Below are positions 60,076-64,000 of a stretch of DNA of 64,000 nt, one piece after another (the first letter of the stretch is position 1; every line of letters begins with the position of its first letter). The stretch is from Halobacteriovoraceae bacterium (GTDB lineage: Bacteria; Bdellovibrionota; Bacteriovoracia; Bacteriovoracales; Bacteriovoracaceae), in the NCBI GenBank assembly GCA_963719505.1, contig CAVRCF010000005.1, positions 160,001 through 224,000 on the forward strand. Direction: 5' to 3'. The translations under genes were made by a program, and so were the position numbers. The notes below the pieces were generated by a model, which worked only from the letters and a program-made list of their open reading frames with translations, was not told the DNA's origin and searched no databases.

Positions 60076-61402
60076 TGTATAGAAACTAGACGATTATGTC
60101 CTATCCTTATTTCTCAGCGATTATGTCCTATTCAATAATATTTATGTACCCTGATTCCAATCAGTTATCAGGGGAATTGAATGGGAAAAGTCACTATGTC
60201 ACAAAAAGAATTGAAGCAGTATCGCCTGGCCATGGATGTTATTGAAGGTAAGTTAACTATAATTTCCTTCTCTGAACAGATTGGAAAATCGTATCGACAA
60301 TCTCAGAGAATTATCAATAAAGTTAAGGCCAAGGGTTCGATTGGTGTCTTACATGGAAACATTAATCGAACTCCTCACAATAAAACTCCATTCGAAGTTG
60401 AAGAAAAAATAGTCTCTCTTCTAAAAAATCAATATCGAAACTTTAATCTAACTCATTTTCGAGAAAAGATAGAAGAGTATGAGGAAATTAAAATCAAAAA
60501 AGATGCACTTCACTCAATTGCTAGGAAACATTGCCTTGTAAAACATCCTAAACGAAGAGGAAGACGGTGCCATAAACCAAGAGCAAGACTTCCAAAAGAA
60601 GGGATGATGATTCAGTTTGATGGAAGTGATCATACTTGGTTCGGTGATGAAAGAACTGATTTGATTGGAGGAATTGATGATGCTACCGGGATTGTTGTTG
60701 GTGCTGAATTTTTCTATGGAGAGACGTCAAATAACTCTCTGAAGGTGATTAGGGAGATCGTTGATAACTATGGATTGCCAGAAAGTTTCTATATGGACCA
60801 AGCAGGTATTTATGGTAAGAAAGAGCGCGAGTGGGAATCACAAATTTCGAGAGCATTTGATCAAACAGGAATTCAATTAATCTTAGCAGGTTCTTCTCAA
60901 GCAAAGGGAAGAATAGAGAGACTCTGGAGAACATTCCAAGACAGACTGGTAGCGGAGTTAGAATTTAATCACATAACAAATATTGAAGAAGCCAATTATT
61001 ACTTAAAAGAGATTTTTATTCCTGCATACAATTTTCAATTCTCAGTCAAAGCCGAAGAAGAAGAAGAAAAAGCCTGGAGAAAAAATGTTTTTGGAGACCT
61101 AGATATTATATTTTGTAAAAAGATTAGGCGAAAAATTATGGTTGGAAATGTATTTAGTTGGGAGAATGTGACTTGGGTGTTGGATGAAAAAAGGTGTTTC
61201 TATGGACGAGAAATCAATATAAATATTCACCTTGATGGAAGCTACAGCTTCGATGTGATGGGCAGAAAAGTTCAATGTAAAGTTAGTAATAGGAAAAGAT
61301 TAAGTGACTATGGTGATAAGTCGAAACACAGAAAAAGCGCTTAAAGTCTGATAGGACATAATCGCTCAGAAATTAACCGGACATAATTGCCCAGAAACAA
61401 CA
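60076..61402 (+). mobile_element. IS1202/ISNCY-like element with long direct repeat
   Basis: Repeated ATTATGTCC motifs inverted at both ends; 21-bp DR TACTTGATTTGAACTGTATAG at 60062-82 and 61403-23; left terminus ambiguous. Confidence 0.85.
60181..61344 (+). CDS. IS1202/ISNCY-family transposase
   Basis: QFDGSDHTW, IDDATG and SQAKGRIERLWRTFQDRL. Confidence 0.92.
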   Translation: MGKVTMSQKELKQYRLAMDVIEGKLTIISFSEQIGKSYRQSQRIINKVKAKGSIGVLHGNINRTPHNKTPFEVEEKIVSLLKNQYRNFNLTHFREKIEEYEEIKIKKDALHSIARKHCLVKHPKRRGRRCHKPRARLPKEGMMIQFDGSDHTWFGDERTDLIGGIDDATGIVVGAEFFYGETSNNSLKVIREIVDNYGLPESFYMDQAGIYGKKEREWESQISRAFDQTGIQLILAGSSQAKGRIERLWRTFQDRLVAELEFNHITNIEEANYYLKEIFIPAYNFQFSVKAEEEEEKAWRKNVFGDLDIIFCKKIRRKIMVGNVFSWENVTWVLDEKRCFYGREININIHLDGSYSFDVMGRKVQCKVSNRKRLSDYGDKSKHRKSA

Positions 61403-61511
61403 TACTTGATTTGAACTGTATAGCTTTTAGACAGCCCTCTGTAATAGTGTAAAGAGCCTTAATTCCAAGCTTAAAGTTTGCTAGTATTTATAAAAACTTG
61501 TTGGAGCTCAG

Positions 61512-62516
61512 ATGAAGTTAATTGTTACTCTTTTTATTCTCTCTTTTTATAGTTATGGTGAAAGTACCTGTATTGTGACAAGGGCCGGTATTGATATCGG
61601 TAGTGGCACAACCAAATTAAAAGTGGCAAAAGTTGATTTTTGTACGCAAAATATAGTCTCTATTATTCATCAATCCAATATTGCTGTCGGTTATAAAGAG
61701 GATCTAAAGTCTTCTTCGACAAATGAGCTCAGTCTTAATATTTTCAACCAAGGTCTTAGTGCTTTAAACGAGCTCAAGTCAAAGGCGATAAGTTTTGGAG
61801 CTGACTCGGTTAATGCGGTTGCGACATCGGCTTTTAGAACAGCAAAAAATGGTCATCAGTGGGCGAAAAGACTCGAGTTAAAATCGGGTGTGAAGATTAA
61901 GATTATCACTCAAAAAGAAGAAGCTATCATTGGATTCACTGGAGCTATCTCAAAGTCAGACAGCTCAGGAGATACAAGCGTTGTTTGGGATATTGGCGGT
62001 GGATCCATGCAGCTGACGGGTTTTACAACTCATAATGACTTTGAAATCTATGAAGGAAAACTAGCGGCTGTCTCTTTTAAAAATCATATCCTCAGTGAAA
62101 TTAAAATGAATTCAAGTTTGTCTTCACCTAATCCTATGACTAATGATCAAAGGGAGATTGCTTTAAGAGATGCCAAAATAATAGCTAAAATTACCGTCAG
62201 TGATAAGATGAAAGAGAAAATAAAATCTTCAAGCATTATTGGTATTGGGGGAGTTCACTTTAATAGTCTGTTAAAAAATATTACCGATAAAAACTTCTAC
62301 ACCATTGAAAATATTGATAAAAGACTGGAGGAGACAAAGGAGCTTTCAGATCACCAAATTGGTAGTCCTTATGCAAGTACTGATATTTCTAATTTAATAT
62401 TGGTCAAAGGTTTTATGCAGGCTCTAGGTATAAAAAAAGTTATGGCCATTGAAGTTAATTTGGTAGAAGGCATATTAGTTAATCCTGCTCTTGTCACTAA
62501 TGCCAACTCGTTATAA
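61512..62516 (+). CDS. Ppx/GppA-family phosphatase with signal peptide
   Basis: IDIGSGT, ATSAFR, QKEEA and DIGGGS. Confidence 0.85.
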   Translation: MKLIVTLFILSFYSYGESTCIVTRAGIDIGSGTTKLKVAKVDFCTQNIVSIIHQSNIAVGYKEDLKSSSTNELSLNIFNQGLSALNELKSKAISFGADSVNAVATSAFRTAKNGHQWAKRLELKSGVKIKIITQKEEAIIGFTGAISKSDSSGDTSVVWDIGGGSMQLTGFTTHNDFEIYEGKLAAVSFKNHILSEIKMNSSLSSPNPMTNDQREIALRDAKIIAKITVSDKMKEKIKSSSIIGIGGVHFNSLLKNITDKNFYTIENIDKRLEETKELSDHQIGSPYASTDISNLILVKGFMQALGIKKVMAIEVNLVEGILVNPALVTNANSL

Positions 62517-62775
62517 AGCCAAACATATTCTACTAGAGGATATGGACGATGCCATGGAGATTCGTGAGCAAATTCTTCTAGGAGAGTCTTTCGAAAAACT
62601 TGCCAAGGACTTTTCCGAATGCGATTCCAGTGAAAAAGGGGGAATGCTCGGTTGGTTCTCCAGTGGCGCGATGGATGCCGAGTTTGAAAAAGCTCTTTTT
62701 CATCTCAAGAAGGATGAAATATCAAAACCGGTTAAAACAAAATACGGCTATCATCTTATTGTTAGATTAGAATAA
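62500..62775 (+). CDS. ppiC: Parvulin peptidyl-prolyl isomerase
   Basis: AKHIL, FEKLAKDFS, GGMLGWF and KTKYGYHLI. Confidence 0.9.
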   Translation: MPTRYKAKHILLEDMDDAMEIREQILLGESFEKLAKDFSECDSSEKGGMLGWFSSGAMDAEFEKALFHLKKDEISKPVKTKYGYHLIVRLE

Positions 62776-62818
62776 AAAAGTTTGGAGAAAAGAGTGGGAG
62801 GACATCCTTTCTCCAAAA
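62775..62818. terminator. Hairpin with T-run on the minus strand, between ppiC and the riboswitch
   Basis: TTTGGAGAAA...TTTCTCCAAA with A6 adjacent on the + strand. Confidence 0.7.
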
Positions 62819-62866
62819 CTAATTAAAACTTAAAAAGCGAGAAAGAAAATCGAAATTAATTGATTT

Positions 62867-63027
62867 ACTATAAAGCACTCCATCACATTGATGACAGTAA
62901 GTAGGATTCAACCCAATCTTCCCAAGAAGTAGTTACCAGTTACTTCTTTCGGCTCATTATCCCTGGGAAGGTTTCGCGGGCATTTGGTTGCCTCCACCTT
63001 CTTACTTATAAGAGCACCTCTTTAAGT
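62867..63027 (-). ncRNA. Lysine riboswitch aptamer (L-box)
   Basis: AGAGGUGC..AAGUA..GCCGAA..UUGGG..GUUGAAU..ACUGUCA..GGAGUGCU in order; P1-P5 helices and ACCA/UGGU kissing loops can form. Confidence 0.85.
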
Positions 63028-63034
63028 TATTAAT

Positions 63035-63062
63035 ATGATACGTAGATTTTTGAAAAATGCAA
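63035..63062 (-). promoter_or_regulatory. Sigma70-like promoter for the riboswitch RNA
   Basis: TTGCAT-16-TATCAT just 5' of the aptamer. Confidence 0.55.
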
Positions 63063-63070
63063 TAAAGGAA

Positions 63071-63532
63071 ATGATGAAAAATTTTAAAGTTTGGATAGAT
63101 GCTGATGCCTGCCCCAAGATGGTCAAAGAAGTTGTCTTTAAAGCATGCAATAAACAACAAATTAACCTTATTTTGGTCGCCAACTCTTATATGCAAATAC
63201 CCCAGTCCCCTTATATAAGGCTGATTCAAGTTGAAAAAGGGGATGATGTCGCCGATCAGTACATCGTCGATAATCTAGACCCAAATGATCTGGTTATAAC
63301 CGCTGACATTCCCCTGGCCGCTTTCGTGGTTGAAAAAAAAGCCACGGCCATTAATCCTAGAGGAGAGCTCTACACTGAGGAAAATATAAGAGAGAGGCTC
63401 TCTGTGAGAGACTTTATGGCTGATCTTCGAGATTCTGGGGTAGACACTGGTGGTCCAAGTGCCTTTGATCTCAAGGATAAGGAGCGCTTTGCAAATTCTT
63501 TCAATCGAATGGTTACAAAGCTTCTGAAGTAA
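63071..63532 (+). CDS. yaiI: YaiI/YqxD family protein
   Basis: WIDADACP, DVADQYI, VITADIPLA and NPRGELYT. Confidence 0.92.
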   Translation: MMKNFKVWIDADACPKMVKEVVFKACNKQQINLILVANSYMQIPQSPYIRLIQVEKGDDVADQYIVDNLDPNDLVITADIPLAAFVVEKKATAINPRGELYTEENIRERLSVRDFMADLRDSGVDTGGPSAFDLKDKERFANSFNRMVTKLLK

Positions 63533-63545
63533 CGTATAAGCAGGT

Positions 63546-64000
63546 ATGACTAAATTCAAAGACTTAAAATTAGATGAAAAGATTCAAAAAGCACTTATTG
63601 ATAAAGGCTACACTGAACCCACTCCCATTCAAGCCCAGGCGATTCCAGACCTTTTAAAAAGAAGAGATCTTTTAGGAATTGCTCAAACTGGTACAGGAAA
63701 AACTGCAGCCTTTTCTTTACCACTTCTTCATAATCTCAATGAAAACCCTATCAAAACCAATCGCAATAATTGTAGGGCGCTTATACTAACTCCAACAAGA
63801 GAGTTGGCTTCTCAAATAGAGGCAAACATCTTGGGGTATTCAAAGTTTCTGAACTTCTCAACTAAAGTTATCTTTGGTGGTGTTTCGGAAAAACCTCAGA
63901 TTTCAGCCCTCAACTCAGGGGTCGATATCGTGGTTGCCACTCCAGGAAGACTCCTCGATCTTATTGGGCAAAAGAAAATTAAATTTGATCAACTCGAGAC
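63546..64000 (+). CDS. DEAD-box RNA helicase, 3' partial
   Basis: PTPIQ, AQTGTGKT, PTRELA and ATPGRLLD translated by eye. Confidence 0.92.
   Translation, partial: MTKFKDLKLDEKIQKALIDKGYTEPTPIQAQAIPDLLKRRDLLGIAQTGTGKTAAFSLPLLHNLNENPIKTNRNNCRALILTPTRELASQIEANILGYSKFLNFSTKVIFGGVSEKPQISALNSGVDIVVATPGRLLDLIGQKKIKFDQLE

Noticed and set aside
1018-63559. Numerous 60-110 aa ORFs antisense to or nested in longer genes (e.g. 1018, 2566, 4748, 22948, 40459, 57137, 63275)
   Set aside because: They overlap well-supported genes and lack RBS or recognisable motifs.
1-64000. CRISPR array, tRNA/rRNA, retron or DGR
   Set aside because: No regularly spaced repeats, reverse transcriptase, cas genes or tRNA/rRNA signatures seen by eye.

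Overview
AT-rich bacterial chromosome segment. Gene content and the many secreted orphan proteins suggest a Bdellovibrionota predator (Bacteriovorax/Halobacteriovorax-like); this is inference only. The left part holds a ~14.9 kb tyrosine-integrase island (1757-16673) inserted into codons 4-6 of the DNA-repair gene mutM. The island supplies a synonymously recoded MPELPE N-terminus and a new promoter, while the native MPELPE stub is left at the far end. Island cargo includes a SIR2-HerA anti-phage pair, a divergent YhaV-like toxin/HTH pair with a perfect operator, membrane/protease genes and three IS3-family elements. The rest is accessory backbone: peptidases, a possible lipid-handling locus, a hybrid kinase, rlmN, ABC-F, two DEAD-box helicases, ArsR-nemA, OsmC-YcaO, ppx, ppiC and yaiI. 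It also contains a decayed cargo-carrying transposon with a nested IS481, an IS1202-like IS with a long direct repeat, and a well-formed lysine riboswitch with no gene downstream. All calls are by eye from the sequence and ORF track; no searches were run.
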